This document shows, in pieces, positions 1 through 15,728 of a stretch of DNA of 64,000 bases. The notes under the pieces were generated by a model. The model worked only from the letters and a program-made list of their open reading frames with translations. It had not been told where the DNA came from and did not search any database. The DNA is from the human T2T-CHM13v2.0 reference genome, Homo sapiens, in NCBI RefSeq assembly GCF_009914755.1, contig NC_060930.1, one strand, 5' to 3'. The translations under genes and the position numbers were made by a program. Positions within the stretch are counted from its first letter, which is position 1. Each line of letters opens with the position of its first letter.

Positions 1-168
1 CTGGGATTACAGGCACCCACCACCACGCCTGCCTAATTTTTGTATTTTTAGTAGAGACAGGGTTTCACCATGTTGGCCAGGTTGGTCTTGAACTCCTGGG
101 CTCAAGTGATCCACCCACCTCAGCTTCCCAGAGTGCTGGGATTAAGGCATGAGCCACTGCACCCGGCC
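1..168 (-). mobile_element. Alu (partial, runs off window start)
   Basis: Reverse-complement Alu: 'ctgggattacaggc...gagccactgcacccggcc'. Confidence 0.95.
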
Positions 169-2219
169 AGGAATTTTCAATTTAAATAGGTGCCCCTGGT
201 GAATCTAACGCGGTTTGTGCATAGACCACACTGAGAAATGCTAGAGTTTAGACCCTAAGACAAGGACATTGGAGTTGTTTATGGTCTAGAAGTCTGGTCT
301 GCCTCTCCTATTATAAATGTTTCCCAGGCCATCATTGACCTCATTGGGTCCCCAGTCCTTTTGAAGTTCTTCTCCTTGGTGTCTTATCAATTACTATCTT
401 CCACTGTCTTCAAACATATTTCCCAGGTTATTCTTGTATATAGGACACGTTAAAGCCACTATGTAAACTGTCACCTTACAAATTCATGACTCTAGATTTT
501 GATGATTTTTTTCAAGTTTACACATAAATACCTTGGAGAAGAAATTACCATTAACATCAGATGCCTTAGTACAAATCAAGTTATCATTGGAACTCTGGGA
601 TTTCCAACCAGAGCGGGAAATGAGACCCAAGGGTAAAGGGGAAGCTTGGCTATCTAACCCTTGACTCCCTACCCAACCAGTGGGCTACACTCATTGAAAA
701 TGTACACAGAGCCAATTGTTCATGATGAAAAATAGTAAAGAGAAGAGGTTAGGAGCAGAGGGAAGCAGAATAACACAGACGAACAGCCCTGGATTCAATC
801 ACCAAAGCAGATTCAGATTTGCTCCAGTGTTTTCTGGGATCAAAACTCCCACTGCTGCGGCCTCAGAGACATTCATTCTGAGTAATCCAGGAAGTCTGTT
901 GATTTCATTCTTGCTCCAGTGCTTCTGCTCTCCAGCTCCAGCTTTCCTGGAAAGCCACGCTCCTTCTTTTTCTCTTACAGTCCACATGGAATATGTATGT
1001 GGGGGAGGAGGGCCAAAAAACTTAACAACAATTCATGTATGGAAAAAATAAGACTTCTTTACTTAGCCTATATCTATTACAGTCTTCCTCATAAGCTCCC
1101 AATCACTGGCTAGCAGTAAAAAAATAGTGAAATGTCCAATCTGGTTTAAAGTTTAGTCCAGTTTGGTGTTTTATGTTGACTCTCTATTAAATCAAACAGT
1201 TCTGCCTCTCAGATAGACTTCCCCTCCCCTGCCTTTCCTGTAAGATAAAGCAAGGATATGAGCAGAGAAAGGGAACTCAGGGTCTTAAGCATGGTGTCCT
1301 CTAGTCATTGCCTCTGAGGCAGTGCCCTGTTCACTAGTTTGCTGGGCACCCAGCTGATCCCTGAAGCTGAAGTATGTAGCTGTTGAATTCATGATCTGTC
1401 CCTTTGGCTCAACCCTGCTCCCAGCACCACTCCCCTGGCTGACTCAGCCTCACCTTGGCTCCTGCTGGCTGCACCCTCAAGCCATTGCCAGGGTCTCCAG
1501 CCAGCCATCCGGACTGGCTGTCCGCTCCCAATCTTCACTGTGAGATCACTTTGCCCTTTTCCCATGGACCTGTGGCTGCCCCTGCTGCAGCTCCATTCAC
1601 CATCTGCATCATTCAGTTAAAACTGAAGTCTACCCTTCCTGATCATATTGCAATATTCCATAGTTAATTAAAATTATACATTATCTGACTTGTAGTTACC
1701 CACAAACTTTAACTCTATTTAAATGTACACTTTTATATCAATATCTAGAGTTTTTCATGAGCCATATCCTCTTTCCTCACCCCCAAACTCTCAGACTCTA
1801 GGCCGGCTTCCCTCTGTTACTCTCCTGATTTCCCTCTGTTACTCACCCTTCCTCAACAAGATTTCAGATCCTCTGGCCCATTCTGATTTGTGATATACCA
1901 GATTTACCAGATTTGTCTACAAATCAATATTTTAAAGTTTACTTCACTGTTTAATTCACTCTACTGGCACCAGGGGCCACTTTCCTATCAGCTTGAGAAT
2001 TTTCAGTAAAAGTAATGAGTAATATTCATTCACCAAATATTTATTGGTTACCTCCATGGGCTGAGGACTGGGGATGATGAGGAATACAGCTCCTTGCAAG
2101 ATGGATATGGTCTTTGATTTCACACAGCTTATTTTCTCTCAATGGGTAACTGATACTGGCCACCACTGCAATTACGACGTACATTTCTAGTATGCATCAA
2201 AAGTTCCTAGAGCAGGCCC

Positions 2220-2447
2220 CCTCTCCTGTAGTCCTTCCCTGCTCCCTCTCCAGGTCTCCTTCCCTGCTCCCTCTCCTTAGCTCCCTCCCTCTGCTCTCTC
2301 TCCCTGTCTTCTTCCCTCTCACTGCCTTCTTCTCCACTCCCTCTCCCATCTGTCTTCTTCCCATGCCCATCTTCTTCCCTGCCTGTCTCCCAACCTGCCT
2401 GTCTCCCCACTTTTTCTTCCTCACCATCTTCTTCTCCATTCCCTCTT
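2220..2447. repeat. CT-rich polypyrimidine low-complexity tract
   Basis: About 230 bp consisting almost entirely of C and T on the + strand. Confidence 0.9.
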
Positions 2448-2688
2448 AAAAAAGAAAAGAAAAGTTCCTAGGGCAGACTTATTTTAACTTGTTGTGAATG
2501 GGTATACAAGGATGAATTGGTTAAAGCTGTTTATATTTGGGTACTATAATAGGACACTTTTGGCTGTACATCATAGCCTATTCAATTAGAGATAGCTTAA
2601 AGAACAGCAAACTAATTATTCATATTTTAAGAAGTCTGATAGTAGGGTCACACCAGTGTTGGTTGGTCAATTCAGTAGCAGAGCAATG

Positions 2689-2801
2689 TAGGGGGACCAA
2701 CTCTTCTGGTTATTCCAGGGCTGAAAAATTTCTTGGGACAGAGGACTTTCAGTGCTAAAACTGGTACAGTGTCAGGTAAACTGGGATGGTTAGTAATCCT
2801 A
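2689..2801. mobile_element. MER81-like hAT MITE (inside an old LTR-like fragment ~2535-3190)
   Basis: Degenerate terminal inverted repeats 'tagggggaccaac...ggttagtaatccta', internal 'ggactttcagtgctaaaa', ~113 bp. Confidence 0.7.
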
Positions 2802-3398
2802 TCATATCACCAAGCCAGTCCTTGGCTTTGTCCTCCTGGAGCAGCTCCAATTATTATATCTTCATCAAAAATCTTTTGAAAGTAGGACAGTGAGTGCATT
2901 TCTGTCTTATGTCCCTTTATATGAGAAAGAAAAAAACCTTTCCAGAAGCCACCTGGCAGATTTCTCCTCTTATTTCATTGGCCAGGGTTTTATCCTAAAA
3001 CCATACTTATAATGATAATTCTAAATGGATATTAATCATGATTGATTAGGATTAATTAATAGTCATCCCTTAAAACTGGGAAGAAACATATGCAACATAC
3101 ATCTTACAATATGTGAACACATTCTGATTCTGTTAGAAAGGAAGAAGTAGAGAGAAAGGCTTCCCTGTAGACAATCAATGGCACTGTTTGCAAAACATTA
3201 GGATAGACTTTTGCTGCTGTTGTTGTTCATCGTGTAGGTTACGTGTTTGTAAGATCTTCACAACCAAATCACTTTTAGTATTGCTCTTTAAAAATGTTTG
3301 AGGTTCTGCAATTATGTAGTTATACTTGTAAGTTCCTAGGTAGGATGACAAGCTCTGTGTTAAATTTCTTTCCTGTCTCCAAGCAGAAAACTAGTGAA

Positions 3399-3400
<2 letters not shown>

Positions 3401-3437
<37 letters not shown>
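3401..3437 (+). repeat. (CAA)n microsatellite
   Basis: About 12 CAA units. Confidence 0.95.
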
Positions 3438-6400
3438 AAACTGGACAAAATCATTAAAAACAACCATCACAAGGTACTAGAAGATGACCAAAGGCAGACA
3501 GCAAATTAAGGAAAATCTACTCATGAAAAACTGCTACTGCATGAAGTAAGACCGACAAGACTGTGGGCTTCTTACTTGAAAGGGTTCTCATCCTTTCTCT
3601 TCCACAGCTCAAGTGCTAAAGACCATTATCCAGTAGTAGTTGAGTTGTTGTTAACAGGTAGTGAAAACCTGTTTTTTCCAGGTGGAGATGACAGATTCAG
3701 TTTGGGGTAGGAGCACAAAATTTGTAGCTTTATCAGACAGTATCAAGTATTTCAATTCAAGGAAGATGGCAACCAGCTAGAAATTTAAATGTGAGATATT
3801 GGAAGTGAGAGCCATAGAAGGGCTGAAATAAAACTCTCCACAAATCTCTGAATGATTGCTAAACTACACATATGTGGAGAACCCAGAGAGCTTGTTAAAA
3901 GTGAGGTCAAAGGGGACTTTGTAATTGGCTGTGCCTTTGAAAGCACTCCTCAACTTACACAGAGCGTGAGTAACAAAGGATAGAAGCTTTATGGGCCCAA
4001 AATGTCTAGGTATAATCTCTGCCAAATAATTAGCCAACTGCTAAGCTATGCAGGCACAGGAAGACTTATGGAATGAGGCTAAAAAAAGCAAACATAAATC
4101 TGAGCAAAGACATCAGAAGTTGTGTGTCATGGTGTAGACATTTCTCAGCTTGAATAGAGGTAAGTTACTATAACAAACAAAAAACAACCCTCAGGAAAAA
4201 AATGAAATAAATATAGAGTTGCTTCAGTGTATTATCTACCATGTCCAGTTTTCACTTTAAAAATTACTAGGCATTCAGAGAAACAGAACAAATATACAGG
4301 TTTAAAACACACACAGTCAATGGAAACTGACTCCAAGTAGGTCCAGATGTTAGATTTTAGTGTAAAGAGACTTCAACATAATATGTTCAAAGAATTAATA
4401 GAAAATACACTAACAATGAGTCAAAATAAGAAATCTCAATAGAAAAATAGAAGCTATGAAAAAGGCCACATGGAAATTCTGGAGCTGAAAAAGTAAAATA
4501 ATTGAAATTAAAAATTCACTACATAAATTTACCTTCAGATTTGAGATGTCAGAAGAAAGAATCAGTGAATTTGAATATAGATTAATAGATTACCCAGTCA
4601 GTCCAAAAACAACCAACCAATAAACCAAACAAACAAACAGAAAACCCAAATAGAAAAGGGATGGGAGAAAAATGAATAGCATCTCAGACATATGTGAGGC
4701 AACATCAAGTATTTCAACACTTGCACAAATAGGGTCCAAAGGAAAGGAAAGAAAAAAAAGACTGGAAAAAAATGTGAAGAAACAGTGGATCCAAACTTTC
4801 TATATGTTGTGAAAATATTAACTTACACATCTAGATGCTCAAAAAACACCAAGTTGGCTAAGTACAAACAAAACCACACCCAAAAATATCATAGTCAAAC
4901 TGCAAGACAAGGAGAAAATTTTGAAAGTGGCAAGAGGAAAATGACAGATCACCTAAACAGTGAAACAATACAAGAAATGGCTGACTTTGCATCAGAAATA
5001 ATGGAGGCCAGATAGCAATAGAATGATATATTCAAACTGCTGAAGGAGAAAAAAAGGTCAGCCAAGAATTCTATAGCCACCAAACTCTTCAAATGTGAAG
5101 AGAAAATAAAGATATTTTCAGATAAGCCAAAACTGACAGAATTCATTGCTAGAACTGTACTACAGGAAATACTAATGAAATCTCTTTAGGCTGAAAGGAA
5201 TCTGCATCAGATGGTAACTTGAATCTCTGTTAAAAATATTTTTAAAATTTTAAAAATATATGTTTAATGCAAAAATTATGACACATTGTATATTTAGTTC
5301 TTTCTCAGTAATTGATATTAAAAATAGAAAATCATTATGATAAAGAAAACATGAACAATAATATCAACCAATTTGACCTCATTGGCATATATTATAACAT
5401 TCCACTTCCAAGCAGCAGAATATTCATAACTTTTAAGTGCACATTGAGCAATCACCAGGATAGACTATATGGAGGGCCATAAAATTAATTTCAATAAATT
5501 TAAAAGGATTAAAATTATAAAAAATATATTATCTGTCCACAATGGAATTAAATTAGATATTAACAACAGAAATACATCTGAGAAATCCCCAAATATGTAG
5601 AACTTAACACACTTTTAAGTAACTCATGTGTCAGAAATCAATTTTTTTAAATTTTCTGAAACTGGATGAAAATAAAAATACAACATATGAAAATTGTTAA
5701 ATGTAGCTAAAAGAATGCTGAAAGGAAAATTTATAACTTTATATGAGTATATTATAATAGAAGAAAGGTCTAAAAACAATACAAGTTCTTACCTTAAAAA
5801 ACTGGAAGAGAAGATCAATAAAACACAAAGTAAGTAAGTGGAAGAACATTTTTAAAAGATCAGAGTGCAAACCAATAAATAGAAACTAATAAAATTTAAA
5901 AATATAGAAAAATAAATGAAACTAAATGTTACTTCTTAGAAAAAATGAACAAAAATAATTAAACTTTGGCTAGCCTGATTAAAAAAATGTAGGGCAGATA
6001 CCAATTACCAATATCAGTAATGAAAAAGGGGACATTACTATATATCCCACAAAAATTAAAATGATACTACGGAAATACTATGAACAACTTTATATCAATA
6101 TTTTTGACAACTTAGAGGTAATATAAAAATTATTAGAAAGGCACCAATTACCAGAACTGACTCAAGAAGAAATAGAAACCCTGAAAAAAATCTCTGTATG
6201 TTGTAAAGGAATTAAATTACCAATTAAAAATTTTTCCATAAAGAAAAGTTGTGGCACAGATGAATTAACTGTTAAATCAAACACCTGAGAAATAATACCA
6301 ATCCTACCAAAAAAAAAATTTCCAAAAAATAGAGAATGAAGAAAACTTCTCAGCTCATTTCATGAGGCTAAGATTTCCCTCAATATAAAGATGAAAAAAT

Positions 6401-6701
6401 ATATCACAGAGAAAAAAAACTACAGAGCAATATACTTAATAAATATAGATGCAAACGTCCTTAACAAAATGTGAATAAATTGAAACGTGCAACATACAAA
6501 AGGAATAATAGATCATGAATAACTAGGGTTTATCACAGAAATGCAAGGTAGGGTTAACATTCAAAAATCATTTAATGCACTATACCATGTTAATAGAATA
6601 ATTAGGAAAAATCTTAATAAACAGAGAGAAGACATTTAACAAATTCCAATGGCAATGTATGATTTTAAAAAACATTCAACAAAATAAGAATAGATGGGAA
6701 C

Positions 6702-7130
6702 TATCTTAGTCGTTTGTGTTGTTATAAAGAAATACCTGAGGCTGGGTAATTTATACAGAAAAGAAGTTTACTTGGCTCTCAGTTCTGTAGGCTGTACAAG
6801 AAGCATGGAACCAGCATCTGCTTCTGATGAGGGCTTCAGGCTGCTTCCACTCATGGTGGAAGGGAAAGGGAAGCCAGCATGTGCAGAAATTACATGGTGA
6901 GAGAGGAAGCAAGAGAGAGAAAGGGTGGAGGTGCCAGGCTCTTTTTAACAATCAGCTTTCATGGGAACTAACAGAGCAAGAATTCAGTCATTACTGTGAT
7001 GATGGCACCAAGCCACTGATGAGGGATCTGCCCTCATGATCCAAACACCTCCCATTAGGCCCCAACTCCAACAGTAGGAATCAAATTTCAACATGAGACT
7101 TGAAGGAGTCAAACAAGCCAAACTATAGTG
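6702..7130 (-). mobile_element. MST-family (MSTB-like) MaLR solo LTR inserted in L1
   Basis: MST-type ends ('tatcttagtc...' and '...caaactatagtg'). 5-bp TSD ggaac (6697-6701) / ggtac (7131-7135). The L1 is contiguous across it. Confidence 0.88.
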
Positions 7131-7852
7131 GGTACCTTCTCCATCTATTAAAGGTCATCAACAAAGAAACTACAGCTACCATCACACTTAATGGTGAAAG
7201 ACTGAATACTTTCTACCAAGGGTCAAGAACAAAACAAGGATATTCACCCTTACCACTTCTGTTCAATATTATACTGAAGATTCGAGCCAGCAAAATAAGA
7301 CTATTAAAAGAAACACATGGCATACAGATTGGGCAAGAAAAAGTAAAACTTAATTTACAAAAAGTCATGATCATGTATTAGCATATCATAGAGAATTTAC
7401 AAAACACTACTAGAACTCATAAGTGAATTCAGGTGGTCCATCCTCTAACAACAATCTAAAACTTAAATTTTTAAAAATGCCATTTATAATCACATTAAAA
7501 ATACTTAGAAATAAATTTAAGAAAAGATTTTGAAGCCTATGTACTGAAAACACAAAATATTGCTAAGAAAAATTAAGGATAACCTAAATGAATGGAGATA
7601 TACCATGTTCATAGACAAAGGCTCAATATCGTTAAGATGGCAATTCTCCTCAAATTGATCTATAGATTCAATGCAATTCCTATCAGAATACCAGCAGATA
7701 TTTTCTTGTATATGGAAATTGGCAAGCTGATTCTAAAATTTGTATAAAATGCAAAGGACCTAAAGTAGTCAGAACAATTTTTAAGAAGAAGCAAAGAATT
7801 GGAAAACATACAATACTTATTTTTAAGACATATTATAAAAATTAGCAATCAA

Positions 7853-8155
<303 letters not shown>

Positions 8156-10422
8156 AAAATTAGCAATCAATACTGCATAGTATTGGTATAGGGATATACA
8201 TGTAGATCAATGAAATTGAGAGTCCAGAAAGTCCACACATATATAATCAATTTGTCAGTGTAATTCAATGGGCGAAAGGACAGCTTTTTTGTTTCCTTTT
8301 CCCTCAATAAGGGGAATGAGAATAAGTGAACATATTTTGAGGTAAAATGAATACTCCTTTTTTATGCCATAGACACAAATTAACCCAAATGGATGATGGA
8401 CATATACAACCAGGCTAAAGCTATAAAACTTAGAAAGAAATCAAACAAAAGTCTTTATGACTTTGAAGTAAGCCAAAAATTTTAGATAGGACATAAAAGG
8501 CATGAAATGGAAAAGAAAAATGTTATAAACTGGACCAGCATCAAATTTTTAAAATATATGCATTTCATTTTAAAGAAAATAAAAAGACAAGCCAAAGACT
8601 AGGAAAATGTATTAGTAAAACATGTATTTGAAAAGGAATATAAAAAAACTCTTACAACTCAATAAAAAGACTAGCAACTCAATTTTAAAATGGCAAAAGA
8701 TTTAGAGGGATACCTCACAATAGACGATATATAAGAGGCTAAACCAAACATATAAAAAATGTTCAACATCATTGGATATCAAGGAAATGCAAATTTAAAC
8801 CATGGTGAAATATCTTTACATAGCCACTCTAATTGCTCCAATAAAAAAAGAAAGAACTGTATAGTGGTTTCTCAAAAGGTTATGCATAGAATTTCCATAT
8901 GACCCAGCAATTCTATTCCTAGAAATACACCCAAAAGAATTGAAAACCTGGACTCAAATATGCACATCAATGCTCATAGTAGCATTATTTGCAATAGCCA
9001 AAAGATGAAAACAACCCAAATTTCCATCATTAGGTGACTGGATCAGTAAAAGGTAATCCAATAGCCATACAATGGAGTATTATTCAGCCTTAAAAAGAAT
9101 GAAATTTTGAGATATGCTACAACAAAGATGAATGTTAACAACATTTTGCTAAGTGAAATAAGCCAGACATGAAAGAACAAATATTGTATGATCCCAATAC
9201 AGGACTTATATGAGGTAAAAATAGGTAAATTCACAGAGATAGAAAGTAGAGTGATGATTGCTAGGAGCAGAGGGCAGGGGTGAATGGAGAGCTAGTGTTT
9301 CATGGGTATAGAGTTTCCATTTGGAAAGAAGAAAAAGTTCTGGAAATGAATAGTGGTGGTGGTTGCACAGCATTGTGAATGTATATAATGCCACTGAATT
9401 GTATACTTAAAAATGGTTAAAATGATAAATTTCATGGTAGGTGTATTTTCCACAATAAAAAAAGTACAAAAATAAATGAATGAACTGCTAACACATGCAA
9501 GACACGAATAGATCTCAAAAAATGTCATATGAGTGAAAGGAGCAAGGCAAGAGGGTACACTGTATGTCTCCATTTGCGTATGTAGAAAAGCAAAGTTTAG
9601 TGACAGAAAGCAAATCAGTGGTTCCCTGGTGCTGAGGGTTGGGAGTGGCAGCAGGGATTAATTACATTTTGGAATGATGGATTGGTCTAAAGCATAGTGT
9701 AAGGATGAGTTGCATGACAGTATACATTGTCTAAACCTTATTGAAATGCACAATTAAAATAGGTGAATATTATGGTATATAAATTATATTTCAATTAATT
9801 TTTTTTCTGGGCTTTCTACCTATTCTGTAAGCACTCCAAAGTAGCATTGACTGAGCCCATTTTCAAACTATATGACTTTCTCAAAATATTTTGTGGTTCT
9901 AAATAATTGGGATAGGATCTCCTATTATGAACAACTTTGTAAGAGCTGGAATGTAATTATCCACTTTCTGAAGAATAAATTCCAGTGGGATGAAAACTTT
10001 ACATTTGAGCATATCTTTCAGTTTCCACTATCTAGTATTTCTAGAGATGGTAATTTGGTAGTGGGATTTTTAGGTTTGTCTCTTCATTTTTGCAACTAAT
10101 GAAGAAGAAATATTCTACTTAAATAATGCTTCATCTTAAGGGAGTGCTTTAAATTTCCAGACAGAAAAAAATTCCCTCAAATTCCTGTTTAATGAGAAAT
10201 TTCACTTCCCAGCAGCTAACAGGGCAAAATTATAAGATGAAGGTTCACAATTAGGTTAATCTGTGAAATTAGATTTATTTTCACAATAAATAAAAGTATG
10301 TTATACTTGCCACTCTCCTACTAATTGTTCTTATCTTCTCAGACTTTGCTTCACCATCAAAACATACCTATTTTCGCTCACATTTCATTAGTACCCTAAG
10401 TAGACTGTTAAGCTGATTTTAG

Positions 10423-10747
<325 letters not shown>

Positions 10748-11455
10748 TAAAGGGGATATTTCAGTGGGGGAAGTTTCAAGTAAATCTGTGATGCAGACCT
10801 TTCTGAAGAGGCGGCTTTTTCGACAGCCCTCGTCAAATAAATAAAGAGGACATAGGGGCCTTCCAGTAAGGCAGGACCTGAGAGAATTTTAGTTATAGCC
10901 TTGGCATCACCAGCAATGACAGTTACATGCGGCTGTTCCTCTTTTGAGAAATCTAATATCCACGAGATATTGTAATTGACTTCTTCAATTGTGGCAGGAC
11001 TACACTGCAAAGTATTCCTAAGGTTATATTTTCTCCTGTATTTCTCTTATTTCCTTCCTCACTCACACCCTGCAAAGGGAACTCCCAGCCCACAATGAAG
11101 CAGAAACCAAGTCTCAAAGAGACTGCTGACCCAACTGTGAACCAAAAGATGAGGATTTATGCTTTCTAGCCAATCCCCATGCATCGTCTCCCCTCCATGA
11201 TGCACCACATGTCCCTGAGAGGAAATGATATGGAGCTGGGGAAGGAAAAGAGAAGGTGGTGAGGCACAACTGGGGAGCCAAGGAAGCTGTGGAGGGCCTG
11301 GATTTCTTAGTAAGGAAAGTAACCTTTTCACATTCAGCTGTACCTCTGGTCTTTTGGTCCCAGCCAGACTTATTATGAAGCCACCAAAGCCTAAGTTTTA
11401 GGGCCCCTGCCCAGCACAGGCCGGTGCAAGGCCTGGAAGGGGCTCCAGCTAAGTA

Positions 11456-12272
11456 CAGTTGACGCTTTAAGAATGCAGTGGTTAGGGGTGCCAACCCCCT
11501 GCACAGCTGAAAATGCACCATAACTTTTGAGTCCCCCAAAACTTAACTACTAATAGCCTATTATTGCCCGGAAGCATTACTGATAGCCTAAGCAGTCGAT
11601 GAACATGTATTTTGTATATGAGTTATAAACTGTATTCTTGCAATAAAATAAGCTAGAGAAAAGAAAATGTTATTAAGTGATGTGGTTTGGCTCTGTGTCC
11701 CCACCCAAATCTCATCTTGTAGCTCCCATAATTCCCACGTGTTTTGGGAGGGACCTGGTGGGAGATGATTGAATCATGGGGGCAGTTCTTTCCCATGCTG
11801 TTCTCATGATAGTGAATGGGTCTCACAAGATCTGATGGATTTAAAAAAACGGGAGTTTCTCTGCACAAGCTTTTTTTTTTTTGCCTGCCGGCATCCACGT
11901 GAGATGTGACTTGCTCCTCCTTGCTTTCTGCCATGATTGTGAGTCTTCCCCAGCCTCACATGTGGGACTGTAATTCCAATTAAACCTCTTTCTTTTGTAA
12001 ATTGCCCAGTCTCTGGTATGTCTTTATCAGCAGTGTGAAAACAGACTAATACATTAAGAAAATCATAAGGAAAAGAAAATCTGTTTACTATTCATTAAGT
12101 GGAAGTGGATCTTCATAAAGGTCTTCATCCTTACCGTCTTCATGTTGAGTAGGCTGAAGAGGAGGCAGAAGAAGAGGGGTTGATCTTGCTCTCTCAAGGG
12201 GTGACAGAGGTGGAAGAAAATTGGCATATAAAATCTGCAGAGTTCAAACCTGTGTTGTTCAAGGATGAACTG
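11456..12272 (+). mobile_element. Tigger2a (MER28)-like TcMar-Tigger element
   Basis: TIR-like ends 'cagttgac...' and '...gaactg', flanked by TA duplications (11454-55, 12273-74). Typical internal 'cccccaaaacttaactactaatagcc'. Confidence 0.85.
11678..12053 (+). mobile_element. THE1 (THE1B-like) solo LTR inside Tigger2a
   Basis: 'tgatgtggtttggctctgtgtccccacccaaatctc...gactaataca'. Perfect 5-bp TSD ttaag. Confidence 0.95.
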
Positions 12273-13072
12273 TATTCACCTGGTCAGATAATTTTTTGTG
12301 GCAAGTACATTCTCAGAGTGACTTTTAAACCATTCTACATGTCTTGATACAGACCAAGCAAATGTTTTAAAATTCATAACGATTAAAAATCAAAAGAGAA
12401 AAGACAGTCCTACTTAAAGAGAAAAAACGGGCAAAGGACATAGACTGAGACACTTCAATATATGCTCTTAGATATTTAACAGTGATGATGAAGAGTGATG
12501 TCCCTTTCCCTTTCCACTCTGCCTTCCCTCCTATCACACCTTTGCAGGAAGACGGTGTTGGAGGGGCTGTGGGCATTGTAAGGATGCCACTGAGGGAAAG
12601 TTTAGTAGGGAATGCATTTATATTGGGTTTAGTGGGGATAAAGGGTTCACAACCACCTGTGAATAGAGTCATGTAATCGCCAGAGTCATAATGGCTGCAG
12701 GATTCCTCCTGCTGCCTGCACACTGGCTCCACTCTTCTCATGTAGTGACACAAAGTTGCAGGGCTGGGGGACTTATGCCCACAAGACCTTGTGCCATGTG
12801 GCCTATGCTAGCAACAGGCCTCTGCCAGCAACAGGTAGTGAAGAAACAAGGTTAAAAATGTAGGGAAGCAATTGCTTCAGTGAAGCCTTTGTTCTCAGTG
12901 ATGCCCAGGCAAAACAGAAGTTGTCTCCTGTCAATGAATATTCTCAAGGATGTAATGTACAGAAAATCACCCTGTGGATTTTTTTCTTTTATGATGGGAA
13001 TCATGTAAAATAGAATTGATCAAAATTCCTGCAGTAGGACAGCAGAAACCTATAGCTATAACTACAAAAAGC

Positions 13073-13326
<254 letters not shown>

Positions 13327-13843
13327 TCACATGATTTTTGCATCCCAGATATCTAGAGTTAAACATTTTTTCGGTTTCCATTCCCCATGCTAGAGGAAGG
13401 ACTGAATTATCTATTTCCAGAATTTAAAAAATTATTACAAAATTGTTGTCATGTGAAGGGGTGGATCAAAGGGTATGCAACCAACACATAATATAATAAT
13501 ATAATAATGGGTTGGTTGTACACTCTTTGATCACCTTATATCATCTTTTATATGTATATTATATAAGAAAATATATAATAAAAGCATTTCAAGCAGTTAA
13601 TAAAAATATGTACATTTTCTGGATTTGTTATGTTGATAAATATCAACATTATAAATTCATAATTTGTTAGAATTAATTTTGTCATTCTAAATCAATATTG
13701 TCTCATACCTAATTCTGTATTCATAATTTTGTCTTCTCATCTTTAACAGGGCTTCCCCTCAATTGTATTACTTTCAGGCCTATAAAATCTGGATTATTGT
13801 TCCCCTATTTCCTTATTTTTTTCTTAGTTTAGATTTCAGGGAC

Positions 13844-14212
13844 TGTATGAGTTCGTTTTCACGCTGCTGATAAAGACATACCCGAGACTGGGCAATTTAC
13901 AAAAGAAAGAGGTTTAATGGACTTACAGTTCCATGTGGCTGGGGAAGCCTCACAATCATGGCAGAAAGGAAGGAGGAACAAGTCACATCTTACACAGATG
14001 GCAGCAGGCAAAGAGAGTGCTTGTGCAGAGAAACTCCCCCTTATAAAGCCATCAGACCTCACGAGACTTATTCACTATCATGAGAATAGCATGGGAAAGA
14101 CCCGCCCCCATGATTCAATTACCTCCCACTGGGTCCCTCCCACAACACGTCGGAATTGTGGAAGATGCAATTCAAGATGAGATTTGGGTGGGGACACAGC
14201 CAAACCGTATCA
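13844..14212 (-). mobile_element. THE1 solo LTR
   Basis: Reverse-complement THE1 'tgtatgagttcg...cagccaaaccgtatca'. Perfect 5-bp TSD gggac. Confidence 0.95.
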
Positions 14213-14299
14213 GGGACCAACATCACACTGCTCTTTTGCAAGCATCCCTAACACTATTGGCATGTTCTCCATTTCCCTAATAAAACTTCAGCCATGTCT

Positions 14300-15728
14300 A
14301 AGCACAACTAAACCCCTACTCAGCATCTACACACAAGTCACCAAACTGAGCCACCAGAAAACACAGCACTGGTGCTGACTTGACTCACTTGAAATTCAGA
14401 ACCACCAAGTTTAAATGAGCTCAAACTGTTCAGCAATCCTATGCACTTTCGTTGTATGTCTCTCACTCTGAAATAATCATGCCACTATGGGTTCTCTTTA
14501 TTGAAACCTCCTACCTCTCTTCTTGCCCAAATCTTCACTCTCAGTTGCTGCACATTTCATTGATTAAATGGATGCCACCACATGAAATTTTCTGTATTTT
14601 CTCACCAATAAATTTTCTGGTACATCTTGCCTTCTTCGATGAATGAAGTGTCTTTGCTTATATTAAAGACTATAAGCCCTCTACTTAATTGTGGCTTCAT
14701 ACTTTTCCTGTAAATTTCACCTGTCTTTCTGGCACCACAAATGCATCCCTTTCTACTGGATCATCCCAATTACCACATTAAATCTGGTATTTCCTATCTT
14801 TAAAAGAGAGAGAGGGGAAAGGAGACAGAGAGAGAGACTTCCTAAATCCCTATAAGCTTCCCAGCTGCTGCCCATTTCTCTGCACCCCTATATAGTAGAT
14901 CATCTCAAAGATGTTTCTGTAGCCATTCTATAGCCATCTCCAACACACACACACATGTACACACATCCTCTCCCAAATCAGACTACTTCTCACCACCTTC
15001 ACCGCTGCTATTCAAGCCCAAACCACCATCATCTCTGGCCTGGATAACTTGAATCAACCAACTGATTTCACCCTTACCCTCACATTCAATATAGCAGCAG
15101 GATCAGTATTTTAAAATGCAAAATCTGGTTAAACCCCCTATGATGACTTCAATGCTTCCCATCACACCTACAAAAAAATTGAAACCCCTTTTCCTTGTTT
15201 TCAGACTCTGATGATCTGGCATCTTTTTTTCTCTCCAATTTAATCTCCCTCATGCACTTTGATCACCTCATGTGCTGTGCTCTATAGCACATCCGATTTA
15301 TTTCTATTCCTTAAGCAAGTGAATTCCTGCCTCGGGGACTCTGCAGTTTCTGTTCCCTCTTCCTGGTGTACTCTTCCCCAGGATTTCCATATAGCTTTCC
15401 CTTTAATTTCTATTTATTCAATTTATCTCAAAAGTACCCTTCTCTGAAATTCCTCCCCTGAGCACTGTTTCTAAAGTAGCACTTCCTCTCCATGATCTCA
15501 GCTTTATTTTCTTCTTAGCACAGGTCACTACCTGGCCTTCACATTGACCTGTTTATGCGATATCTGTTTATGTGTTTACTTTTTGTCTCCTCCACTAGAA
15601 CACATGTGCCATGAGAACAAGGGCATTATCTCTGTTGTTTTCTGCTATATCTCGCAGCCTAGGACAGTGCATGACACAGAATGAAAACTCAATAAATATG
15701 TGGAATGAATGAAAGAGTGAATGAATGG
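14300..15728 (+). mobile_element. L2 LINE 3' portion
   Basis: C/T-rich L2-like body ending 'ctcaataaatatgtggaatgaatgaa', the characteristic L2 3' tail. Confidence 0.75.

Noticed and set aside
3294-3509. ORF with a poly-Gln tract
   Set aside because: It is a (CAA)n microsatellite in the 5' part of a decayed L1, with no exon features.
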